From a virus, in the IMG/VR virus record IMGVR_UViG_3300006735_000013, positions 32,001 to 96,000 of that record: a stretch of 64,000 nucleotides of DNA, one strand, 5' to 3'. Below are positions 7,815-15,254 of the stretch, one piece after another. The notes below the pieces were generated by a model. It did no database searches. It had not been told where the DNA came from and saw nothing but the letters and a program-made list of their open reading frames with translations. Both the position numbers and the translations under genes were made by a program. Positions within the stretch are counted from its first letter, which is position 1. Each line of letters starts with the position of its first letter.

Positions 7815-8870
7815 CTACTTATCTCCGGCAAGGATCTTTACCAAATAGTCTGAGACGGAGTCGCCGTCCACATTTGATTGGTGAAGCTTGATTGTATTGT
7901 TGATTTCCCCACTGCCAAGCACTGACCACAGTTTCATTGCAACTTCTGAAGGTAGAGAGATGAAGTACCTTGCAAGATTGTCTACCTTGTTCTGATCGAG
8001 TTCAGCCTTGAAAACCTCGGACGCTTCAAACTTGTCAATTAGAGCGGTGTGGTCGTTGATACCAAAGTCAGCAACCTTGTGCAAGTTGCCATGGTCGAGA
8101 ATATCCTCAATCGTTACCTGCCTATCGTAATTCTGAACGAAATCGTTGAACGCGACGGCAGCCTCGAAGCCAACAAATGCGGACGTCAAGGAGTAGAGTG
8201 TTGGTGACGCCTCCTTCAAAAGCTCAGCCTTCTGTAGACATTCGTCTAGACGCTCCCACGAACGGCGCGAAGGATAAACCTTGTTAGGCTCAAAGTCGTC
8301 TGAGTGTTCAAGGTGGGCGCGGTTGGTGTTGATAAAGTTCCAAGTAACCTCAGAAACCTCCGAGTCCTTAGCCCACGACAACCAGTCCTCGACGCTGGGC
8401 TCAACGTCAAACACCGTCCAACGGTCAAGCTCGGCTGGGTCCATCTCGCCAACCTGATATTGTGCCCCATGCTCGCCGCCATTGACAGCGGCGAAGACTA
8501 GGGTGTCAGGGTGAAGTGTGTGGCCGTTAAGCTTGCGTGAGTCTGTAAGCTCAAAGATGCCCTGGCGGACCTCAAGAGTGGCACGATCAACCTCGTCAAG
8601 GAACAAAACGACAGGTCGGTCACAAGCAGCCTTGAACCAGTCCGGCGGGTTGAAGCGCGTTGAGTTACTCTCAATACTAGGAAGGCCAACCAAGTCGCCC
8701 TCGGTCATTTGAGATGCGCGCCGCTCCACAACCTCCATGCTCTGCTGGGCGGCGTACTGATAGACAACTGTAGACTTGCCGATGCCATGACGTCCACGTA
8801 GCAAAACTGGTTTGCGTACGTTAGTTACGTGGTGAACGATATTTGAGAATGTTGCGAAATCAACTGCCAT
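7815..8870 (-). CDS. MoxR-like AAA+ ATPase
   Basis: Walker A GRHGIGKS, Walker B LFLDE, MDPAELDR, PSRRSW. Confidence 0.88.
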   Translation of the reverse strand: MAVDFATFSNIVHHVTNVRKPVLLRGRHGIGKSTVVYQYAAQQSMEVVERRASQMTEGDLVGLPSIESNSTRFNPPDWFKAACDRPVVLFLDEVDRATLEVRQGIFELTDSRKLNGHTLHPDTLVFAAVNGGEHGAQYQVGEMDPAELDRWTVFDVEPSVEDWLSWAKDSEVSEVTWNFINTNRAHLEHSDDFEPNKVYPSRRSWERLDECLQKAELLKEASPTLYSLTSAFVGFEAAVAFNDFVQNYDRQVTIEDILDHGNLHKVADFGINDHTALIDKFEASEVFKAELDQNKVDNLARYFISLPSEVAMKLWSVLGSGEINNTIKLHQSNVDGDSVSDYLVKILAGDK

Positions 8871-8925
8871 GATAGATCTCCTTAGTAGTTAGCAGTTATT
8901 GGTTACTCTCTCACTGTATATAAAT

Positions 8926-8954
8926 AGTATAGCACAGCTGGCTATTGGAGTCAA
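8926..8954 (-). promoter_or_regulatory. sigma70-type early promoter
   Basis: TTGACT-17nt-TATACT. Confidence 0.75.
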
Positions 8955-8963
8955 GAAGTATTT

Positions 8964-9539
8964 TTATGAAAGTTGCACAATCTTTTTGAATGCCAGTTGC
9001 TCGGTTTTACTAATGCCACATGTAGATAATTTGATTGCCAACTTCAGGTCACAATTGGGGTGCTCGGCTAACTTTGCAAGCGCGTGGCGACGACTATAAG
9101 ACGAATAGTCAGCAGGCGGGTGTTTCTTTGGGTCTAGGTGGTCGTCATACGCCCTGTTCAATAGGGGAGTCGGACTATGGTTGGCTCCTTGGCCATACCA
9201 AGAGTATCCGCCGATAAAGGTCGCCGTCGCCCTGTAATGACTGTTGTTCCAAATTTGGGGGTACCTTTCATATAGTTCAATATATTTTTCAGGTTCATCC
9301 TTGTAGTGTCCCGCTTGAATCATTGTTGCCTTCACAACATAGGCGCGTGGTTGGTCATTCCACAAGTAGTCCCTAACTGTTTCATCCAAACCTGCATTGT
9401 AAGATAAGTGGTCTCTTGCAACCTTGTAGCCGGTTTTGGCAATAGCCATTTGCAGGTCTGCGGGTAGGAAACGATTCTTGGCTAAACCGTTCAATTCTGA
9501 GTTAGTCATCTGTAAGACGTGTCTAGTTAGTTTGTTCAC
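8964..9539 (-). CDS. hypothetical helical-repeat protein
   Basis: 191-aa ORF; LAKN/LAEHPN leucine-rich-variant-like motifs. Confidence 0.65.
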   Translation of the reverse strand: MNKLTRHVLQMTNSELNGLAKNRFLPADLQMAIAKTGYKVARDHLSYNAGLDETVRDYLWNDQPRAYVVKATMIQAGHYKDEPEKYIELYERYPQIWNNSHYRATATFIGGYSWYGQGANHSPTPLLNRAYDDHLDPKKHPPADYSSYSRRHALAKLAEHPNCDLKLAIKLSTCGISKTEQLAFKKIVQLS

Positions 9540-9748
9540 TATTGTAATCTTTCAATCTCATTCGAAATGTTTTCTGCGACTTCAAAAAGGTCAAACCTCT
9601 CAAAGCCCCAAGTTGGAATGTCCATCTTTTCGATTCTCTTGATTTCTATATCTATAATATCAAAGATTTGCTTGAAAGTCAAGCTTTTCTTGTGGGTTTC
9701 TTTGTTCTTTGGGGCTTGTGGGTAGTTCTCGAAGGGGTCTGATTTCAT
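9539..9748 (-). CDS. hypothetical protein
   Basis: likely start MKSDPF. Confidence 0.5.
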   Translation of the reverse strand: MKSDPFENYPQAPKNKETHKKSLTFKQIFDIIDIEIKRIEKMDIPTWGFERFDLFEVAENISNEIERLQ

Positions 9749-9980
9749 TTGTTTTCTTGTCTTTCTCCAGGTGCTCCAACCACCTGGCTCTGACCCAGCG
9801 GTCATCGCCATTGACAAAATGTACTCGGCAATGATATTCATCAATGTGCCAAATCCATTCATCAGGGTTTGTCATATGGTTGTTTATTAGTGATTTCTGT
9901 ACTACGAGTCCTGGCACTTGGTCTTCTTGTCTTAAGCGAGGACAGTAAACTAAATCTCCTACATCAAATCTTTGTCTCAT
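9660..9980 (-). CDS. KOW/SH3-like protein (RFDVGDLV)
   Basis: first gene after the promoter at 9988-10016. Confidence 0.6.
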   Translation of the reverse strand: MRQRFDVGDLVYCPRLRQEDQVPGLVVQKSLINNHMTNPDEWIWHIDEYHCRVHFVNGDDRWVRARWLEHLEKDKKTNEIRPLRELPTSPKEQRNPQEKLDFQANL

Positions 9981-9987
9981 ATATACT

Positions 9988-10016
9988 ATGTTAGTATAAA
10001 ACAACTAAAAAGTCAA
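9988..10016 (-). promoter_or_regulatory. sigma70-type promoter
   Basis: TTGACT-17nt-TAACAT. Confidence 0.6.
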
Positions 10017-10026
10017 GTCTTTTTTG

Positions 10027-10233
10027 TTAATAAGCATACTTTATTTCTTTTCTTGAGTGGTTAGGGTTCTGGCCAACGATCTGCACTGGCCACTGAACCG
10101 TGTAACCGTAAGCCCTGTTAGGATGACACTCTATTACCAGCCCGACCAGGTTTGGATCTTCCCTGGCAATCGGGATGTTCCATTGTCTTTTTTTTCCGTA
10201 AGCGGAAAGCTTTACCAAATCACCGACTTTCAC
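10027..10233 (-). CDS. MKVGDLV cassette 9 (terminal, array B)
   Basis: GTG start in junction repeat 10214-10243. Confidence 0.75.
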   Translation of the reverse strand: MKVGDLVKLSAYGKKRQWNIPIAREDPNLVGLVIECHPNRAYGYTVQWPVQIVGQNPNHSRKEIKYAY

Positions 10234-10390
10234 TGACTAGCTCCAGATTTTCTTTTAGAGCTGGTACCGATGTGCCGGTATCAACAAACACTATTTTGAC
10301 CATACCCGGAGGTCCATCAAACAAGACCAGGGCGGGTCTGCGTCTGGCCCGGCAAAAATTCTTAAGAACCACCAAATCACCGACTTTCAC
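10220..10390 (-). CDS. MKVGDLV cassette 8 (56 aa, missed by ORF track)
   Basis: MKVGDLVVLKNFCRARRRPALV...LELVSESR*, read manually. Confidence 0.75.
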   Translation of the reverse strand: MKVGDLVVLKNFCRARRRPALVLFDGPPGMVKIVFVDTGTSVPALKENLELVSESR

Positions 10391-10577
10391 TGACTAGCTC
10401 CAAATCTTCCTCTTCATAACTTTCTAGACCACCGCTCTGTGATACTACGTCAACAAGATAGTAATGCTCGTATGGATAAGCCTCACCACCGGGTTTGCAG
10501 TCTTCAGAGAGCCTAGCTTCTGATACAACAACACCAACCTCATACCCGTCTACAAAGACCAAATCACCGACTTTCAC
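10377..10577 (-). CDS. MKVGDLV cassette 7
   Basis: ends LELVSESR. Confidence 0.75.
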   Translation of the reverse strand: MKVGDLVFVDGYEVGVVVSEARLSEDCKPGGEAYPYEHYYLVDVVSQSGGLESYEEEDLELVSESR

Positions 10578-10746
10578 TGATTAGCTCCAATTCTTCGTGG
10601 TCGTCAGGTATTGGGCCCGTAGGAGGGCCTTCGAACCACATAACATATACCACGCTATCTCCACCGATAAGTGAACCTTTCCTTACAGACAGCACGATAC
10701 CCGTATCGCCATCGACTCTCCATCTTACCAAGTCGCCGGCTTTCAT
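10564..10746 (-). CDS. MKAGDLV cassette 6
   Basis: ends LELISESR. Confidence 0.75.
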   Translation of the reverse strand: MKAGDLVRWRVDGDTGIVLSVRKGSLIGGDSVVYVMWFEGPPTGPIPDDHEELELISESR

Positions 10747-10928
10747 GAAATTCTCCTTAGATATTTCTCCTGAACATTTTCACTGATATGTCCAGTCTTT
10801 TGCCATAAGACTCTGTATTCATTTGCATCATACCTATGAATCAAAAAGTCGATGCTGAAACCCAAAATAACACCAATATTTTTCAGACCCTTTCTGCGAG
10901 TTGAGTACACCAAATCACCGACTTTCAC
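10743..10928 (-). CDS. MKVGDLV cassette 5
   Basis: ends LRRIS with an ATGA overlap. Confidence 0.75.
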   Translation of the reverse strand: MKVGDLVYSTRRKGLKNIGVILGFSIDFLIHRYDANEYRVLWQKTGHISENVQEKYLRRIS

Positions 10929-11103
10929 TGATTACCACCAGTGCTTTATAGCTCCATAATCTTTTGCCGTGTGCTGTGACGACGTGAACGTCAGGATTCA
11001 AGAACGCACTCTCATCATAACTCGGACACTTGCCAGCATAACCTAGGCCCGTCACGATTCCTGTGTGGCCTTGTCCATTTTTTACTAAATCACCGACTTT
11101 CAC
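10915..11103 (-). CDS. MKVGDLV cassette 4
   Basis: ends VVISESR. Confidence 0.75.
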   Translation of the reverse strand: MKVGDLVKNGQGHTGIVTGLGYAGKCPSYDESAFLNPDVHVVTAHGKRLWSYKALVVISESR

Positions 11104-11284
11104 TGATTACCTCCGCTTGTGATTCCCATAGTGGACCTGTCAAAGTGGGGAATGTTGGAGAGTGTTTGTCCCACAAGACTTTGAACAGCCTCCTGCGAGA
11201 TGACAGTGGGCGAGGAACTTCTGCCGTGACAATGCCAACTCTTTCCAGTCCCCAACTCTCTTTTACTAAATCACCGACCTTCAC
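11090..11284 (-). CDS. MKVGDLV cassette 3
   Basis: GTG start at 11284 in the repeat; ends EVISESR. Confidence 0.75.
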   Translation of the reverse strand: MKVGDLVKESWGLERVGIVTAEVPRPLSSRRRLFKVLWDKHSPTFPTLTGPLWESQAEVISESR

Positions 11285-11420
11285 TGAGCAACTCCGTATC
11301 ATCCCTGTGGATACGATATTCTCCGTCAGGAAAGAGAACATAAAATCCGAACGGAACAACCCTGGTGATAATGCCAAGACCATCGGAACTAACCTGTTTT
11401 ACTAAATCACCGACTTTCAC
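11271..11420 (-). CDS. MKVGDLV cassette 2 (49 aa, missed by ORF track)
   Basis: MKVGDLVKQVSSDGLGIITRVVPFGFYVLFPDGEYRIHRDDTELLSEGR*. Confidence 0.75.
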   Translation of the reverse strand: MKVGDLVKQVSSDGLGIITRVVPFGFYVLFPDGEYRIHRDDTELLSEGR

Positions 11421-11574
11421 TTATCACCTCCAGATACATTTCCGTCAACCATTCTTTACCGTGGCCGCTCCACACAACCTTGAACATCCCCTCGGGTTCG
11501 TCTACCTCGATAACGATTCCATATTGCGCATCTCGAATCCAATCTTTGTCCCTTACCAAGTCACCGACTTTCAT
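11407..11574 (-). CDS. MKVGDLV cassette 1 (first, immediately after tRNA-Arg)
   Basis: GGAG RBS, ATG at 11574; ends LEVISESR. Confidence 0.75.
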   Translation of the reverse strand: MKVGDLVRDKDWIRDAQYGIVIEVDEPEGMFKVVWSGHGKEWLTEMYLEVISESR

Positions 11575-11595
11575 TTGATAACTCCAACAAGTTTG

Positions 11596-11669
11596 CACCC
11601 TGGATAGGACTCGAACCTATAACCTACGGCTTAGAAGGCCGTTGCTCTATCCAATTGAGCTACCAGGGC
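11596..11669 (-). tRNA. tRNA-Arg(TCT)
   Basis: ACGGC-CTTCTAA-GCCGT anticodon arm, GTTCGAGTC T-loop. Confidence 0.93.
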
Positions 11670-11684
11670 ATTGTTCATATTTAT

Positions 11685-11713
11685 ATAATATCACAGTACA
11701 ATCATCATGTCAA
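11685..11713 (-). promoter_or_regulatory. sigma70-type promoter driving tRNA-Arg and cassette array B
   Basis: TTGACA-17nt-TATTAT. Confidence 0.75.
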
Positions 11714-12592
11714 CAAATTTTTGGCTCTGTGGAGGGACTTTTTTACAAACTCTTCTTTGTATTCACAGCCTTTGAACTTTCGCCCTGTTCTGAGTGCAGA
11801 GATCATGGTGGAAGCTGAGCCTGCAAAGCAGTCTAAAACAGTGTCTCCGGGCTTTGTGTGGGCCAGAATTATTCTATCCATAATTTCTAGCGGTTTCTGC
11901 GTTGGGTGCCAGCCGGCATACTCTTTGCTAGTTGTGTGGTTGTTCTTCATCCACACATCTGTTGGGATCTTCCCTTTTTTAAACTTTATATCCTTTTGCT
12001 TTAGATTTTCTAACTCGGAGATTAGCTCATCTTCATTCTTTTTATCGAACCTGTAAGTTTCCCAACTCCTCCAGTCTTTTTCTTTGGTGATTCCTTCTGA
12101 AAAATACTTTTGTATCAGATTTATTTTGCGAGTGATGGCCATATTGGATTTTACGGCGCGCGGGACTAAAACATTGTCAGCATAAAAATCAAAATTTTTG
12201 CCTTTGGAATACATAACTAGGTCTTCATGTTTTCTTGCAAAGTTACTTTTGGTTCTTCCACCCCAATCGTAGTGCCAGATTATCCAACTTTGATAGTGGG
12301 CGTTTTCGACATTATTTAGAACATCGAGCTTATACCTCAAGAATGTATCGTGCTTGGTTGTGCCCCAGACATAGAAGCAGCCTCCCGGCTTCAACACCCT
12401 GAAGCATTCGTCTGTCCACTCTTTGCACCAATCAATGTATCCTTGCTCAGACTTCCATTGGTTGTCCCAATCATCCTTTATGATGCTACAGTATGGAGGG
12501 TCTACACACACCAAATCAATACTGTTGTCATCTAATTTTTCTAAGTACTCCAGGCAGTCGCTAGTCACAAGTTCTGCATTGTGTAAAGACAT
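11705..12592 (-). CDS. DNA N6-adenine/N4-cytosine methyltransferase (beta class)
   Basis: DPPY catalytic motif, HPTQKP, VLDCFAGS SAM-binding motif. Confidence 0.92.
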   Translation of the reverse strand: MSLHNAELVTSDCLEYLEKLDDNSIDLVCVDPPYCSIIKDDWDNQWKSEQGYIDWCKEWTDECFRVLKPGGCFYVWGTTKHDTFLRYKLDVLNNVENAHYQSWIIWHYDWGGRTKSNFARKHEDLVMYSKGKNFDFYADNVLVPRAVKSNMAITRKINLIQKYFSEGITKEKDWRSWETYRFDKKNEDELISELENLKQKDIKFKKGKIPTDVWMKNNHTTSKEYAGWHPTQKPLEIMDRIILAHTKPGDTVLDCFAGSASTMISALRTGRKFKGCEYKEEFVKKSLHRAKNLLT

Positions 12593-12618
12593 GCTTTCTC
12601 CTATTTTGTTTATGTTAT

Positions 12619-12647
12619 ATAATATCAGAAAGTGACAGGCTAGTCAA
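12619..12647 (-). promoter_or_regulatory. sigma70-type promoter
   Basis: TTGACT-17nt-TATTAT. Confidence 0.7.
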
Positions 12648-12834
12648 GACTTTTTGTTATTTTTTGCAGCATCCATCTTGGAAAATCTTGGTACTTGCTT
12701 TTCTGTTCCCAGCTGATGTAGACCCTAAACCAGTCTTCATCTATTTGAGAAAACACTATTCCTTTTATTGAGTTTGGAAGGGGGCTTGTTTGCTTTGAGG
12801 CGATTATATGTACGAGGTCTCCTACTTTTACCAT
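12640..12834 (-). CDS. KVGDLV-family small protein (solo)
   Basis: MVKVGDLVHI. Confidence 0.65.
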   Translation of the reverse strand: MVKVGDLVHIIASKQTSPLPNSIKGIVFSQIDEDWFRVYISWEQKSKYQDFPRWMLQKITKSLD

Positions 12835-13214
12835 CCGCACAAGTCCTCGAAAATATCAATATCTCCAAGCGTGTTAGATTGATTGCAAGTTTTGGTTTGT
12901 GGTTCTTTCTTTTTTCTTTTTTGCGCTGCCTCGGAATCATGGACTTCAATTATTGATTGCGTCTCAACAACCATATAAAAAGGGTCACCGCCCAAATAGA
13001 CTCTCATCTTGTTGCCATTGTGTAGGGTTATTACAGGATCGCTTTCAGAAATAACTGGAAGTGTGACAAATTCAAACGCTGTCAACGCCTTGGCACGGGC
13101 AGAAGAAGTGCCAAAATATTTACTTTTAGCCAAGAACCTTCCACTAATTGAACATTTGGATATTGATCTTTCGTTGTTTTCTAGAAATGAGATATGTTTA
13201 ATTCTAAATTTCAC
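12828..13214 (-). CDS. hypothetical protein
   Basis: coupled 128-aa ORF. Confidence 0.6.
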   Translation of the reverse strand: MKFRIKHISFLENNERSISKCSISGRFLAKSKYFGTSSARAKALTAFEFVTLPVISESDPVITLHNGNKMRVYLGGDPFYMVVETQSIIEVHDSEAAQKRKKKEPQTKTCNQSNTLGDIDIFEDLCGW

Positions 13215-13885
13215 CCTCTTTTCCTCTTCAGGTCTGATTCGTGTGCGTAAACAGGACTTGCCTCACCAGTAAATAGTACCTTGTATATCCTAGAGCCCTT
13301 CGCGGCTCTAGTAACCGGCTTTGCATCAGCTTCAAGTACAAAGCCAATCTTTTGTTCCATTTTATAGCGAGCGGATCGGTTAGGATAACTATCAGGGCCT
13401 GCGTTTGCTATATCAATTTTGTTATTAGACCTGACCTGAACACAATCCGACACCTTAAACTTTAAAGGTTGCTCGTAATTATTTCTAATCTTGAGAGCAT
13501 ATTTGTTCTCGCAAAACTTATCCCAATCTTTTTTTGAGAGAACAAAATTTTCAGGGTCGGATAGTACAGCGTTGACGTGAATAGCATAGTACTGGGTTGT
13601 CTTATAGTATAGAGCCACCTTAGTTGCAATGTTCCTATGGCCATCTGAGAAGTTTTTATCCCAGAGTGACATCTCTTTTAGTTTATCTTCGCTGTATTTG
13701 TCCTCAATTTTTCTTAGCCACTGTTCCTGGCTGTAACTGAGTTGGTCTCTGGTATTCGCCTGCGACACTAGAGAATTCAGAAAGTCACTCTCCCTGTAGG
13801 TAAGGTAGCCCTTTGCGCTATTTATAAGACTTTTGAGTTCTGATTTGCTTATTTTTCTTGGGGTAAAATATTCTTCATTTCTCAT
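13211..13885 (-). CDS. hypothetical protein with C-terminal KOW/SH3-like domain (KFKVSDCVQV...YKVLF)
   Basis: likely start MRNEEYF. Confidence 0.65.
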   Translation of the reverse strand: MRNEEYFTPRKISKSELKSLINSAKGYLTYRESDFLNSLVSQANTRDQLSYSQEQWLRKIEDKYSEDKLKEMSLWDKNFSDGHRNIATKVALYYKTTQYYAIHVNAVLSDPENFVLSKKDWDKFCENKYALKIRNNYEQPLKFKVSDCVQVRSNNKIDIANAGPDSYPNRSARYKMEQKIGFVLEADAKPVTRAAKGSRIYKVLFTGEASPVYAHESDLKRKRG

Positions 13886-14075
13886 TGTGTGACTCTCTGA
13901 TTTCTTCAAGGGGTTTAAGATTGCTAGAAATAGTGTAATATGCCTTCGATTCTTTTTGAAAGTAGACTTTGTAAATATCTTCCGAACCTTCAAATATACT
14001 TGAATCAAATTCTTCGATTATGACGCCACGAGCGTAGTCATGCCTTACGTCTACTACTAAATCTCCGACCTTCAT
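13875..14075 (-). CDS. MKVGDLV-family protein (solo)
   Basis: GAGGAG RBS, downstream of the promoter at 14103-14131. Confidence 0.7.
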   Translation of the reverse strand: MKVGDLVVDVRHDYARGVIIEEFDSSIFEGSEDIYKVYFQKESKAYYTISSNLKPLEEIRESHNEK

Positions 14076-14102
14076 TTGGCGCTCCTCAATTGTTGTATTA
14101 TA

Positions 14103-14131
14103 ATAATATCAGATAGTTGCAAGAATGTCAA
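14103..14131 (-). promoter_or_regulatory. sigma70-type promoter
   Basis: TTGACA-17nt-TATTAT. Confidence 0.7.
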
Positions 14132-14349
14132 GATTTTATTTCATGAATATCGTAAATCAATTCCGAACAAGGATACCAGCCGGGTTGTGCTGTTGGGGAC
14201 ACCCATATCATGTAAGCCATGAAATCTCTCTTTTTGAGGCATTGCCCCCAGCACTTGTAGCGTGTTGAATAGTAAACGGTGTTAGATTTTAGTTGCTCTT
14301 TCTTCATGTTCCATAGGTCACCGTCATTGTTCGGACATTCGATGACCAT
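14128..14349 (-). CDS. hypothetical protein (true start probably MKKEQL)
   Basis: ORF. Confidence 0.5.
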   Translation of the reverse strand: MVIECPNNDGDLWNMKKEQLKSNTVYYSTRYKCWGQCLKKRDFMAYMIWVSPTAQPGWYPCSELIYDIHEIKS

Positions 14350-14558
14350 TCTTTGTTTTTCTTGGAAACTTTTCCTGGCTTCAGCCTCTTGATTTGTTCA
14401 TCAGTGAACTCGGCCCACTCCTCATTTGCAGAGAAATAAACCAAATGTTTGCCAGTTTCTTCTGAAGTTTTTATATAAATTCCGACTTCATCTTTTACAT
14501 TGAAGTCAAAGAGATCATAATCAATCAGCACACGGACTTCTTCGCCCTTTTTCATCAC
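14304..14558 (-). CDS. KOW/SH3-like small protein (MKKGEEV)
   Basis: coupled ORF. Confidence 0.6.
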   Translation of the reverse strand: MMKKGEEVRVLIDYDLFDFNVKDEVGIYIKTSEETGKHLVYFSANEEWAEFTDEQIKRLKPGKVSKKNKEWSSNVRTMTVTYGT

Positions 14559-14830
14559 AGATCCTTACGAATTAACAAATTTTCTCTTAAATTGTCAGAT
14601 ACAGCTTGACAAATAGACAAGACGTCTTCTCTGCTGTCGCAGCACCAGGGCTTGTCTACAAGTAATTCTCTAACTCTAATAAAAACCTCTTCATAATGGC
14701 CAGTCGCATCTGTGACGTTTTTTGTGTCTAAATTGTCAACAATGAAGCCGGAGGCTGAGCGTAACGATCCTTCGGGCCCGTGGGCCTGTTCTGACCAAGC
14801 ATACCCTTTACCTTTTCTAGTATTTTTCAC
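14555..14830 (-). CDS. hypothetical protein
   Basis: coupled ORF. Confidence 0.6.
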   Translation of the reverse strand: MKNTRKGKGYAWSEQAHGPEGSLRSASGFIVDNLDTKNVTDATGHYEEVFIRVRELLVDKPWCCDSREDVLSICQAVSDNLRENLLIRKDL

Positions 14831-15024
14831 TTTGAGTATTCGCTTTCATTTGCTAATAACAGCAGAGAATCTGCCAGCTCAAATGCGGAATCTGTATCCA
14901 AATCAATCCTATATTCATCTCCAATGAGAAGCGTAACACATCTGTTTTCTTGAAAAATTTCTGCCAAGATTACATCTCCATCCGGTGTATTTATATAAAA
15001 ATTTTTTCTATTATGTAAGCTCAT
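14827..15024 (-). CDS. hypothetical protein
   Basis: coupled ORF. Confidence 0.6.
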   Translation of the reverse strand: MSLHNRKNFYINTPDGDVILAEIFQENRCVTLLIGDEYRIDLDTDSAFELADSLLLLANESEYSK

Positions 15025-15227
15025 TATAACACAACCTTGTCCTCTCCGTCAACGGAAAAGAGTCTCCAATATTTATATTTAACTATGCTTCCTTCTAATA
15101 GACCCTGGTCTATGAGAACATTATAATGGTCTTCGCCCACTCTTCCGACAATCGTACCACTAATACCTAGTGGCCGGCCAAAGGGAAAGTCAAGAATCAA
15201 AACCTTGTCATCTTTCTTGAAGTCCAT
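15024..15227 (-). CDS. KOW/SH3-like small protein (FKKDDKV)
   Basis: G.IVG...YNV pattern. Confidence 0.6.
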   Translation of the reverse strand: MDFKKDDKVLILDFPFGRPLGISGTIVGRVGEDHYNVLIDQGLLEGSIVKYKYWRLFSVDGEDKVVL

Positions 15228-15254
15228 ACATTAAATAGTATGGAACAAGATATA

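Larger units (their letters stand above)
10214..11584 (-). repeat. array of 9 dual-coding junction repeats (consensus GGAG-N6-AGTGAAAGTCGGTGATTTRGT)
   Basis: copies start at 10214, 10371, 10558, 10727 (degenerate), 10909, 11084, 11265, 11401, 11555 (partial); period 136-187 nt. Confidence 0.9.

Noticed and set aside
643-11574. Diversity-generating retroelement as the source of cassette diversity
   Set aside because: No reverse transcriptase and no template/variable repeat pair differing at adenines was seen.
10214-11584. CRISPR array
   Set aside because: The inter-repeat segments are ~105-160 nt, variable in length and are intact genes; the repeat is non-palindromic and no cas genes are present.
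10027-11713. Classical integron
   Set aside because: No attC-type imperfect palindromes and no tyrosine integrase in the window; the repeat lies inside coding sequence.
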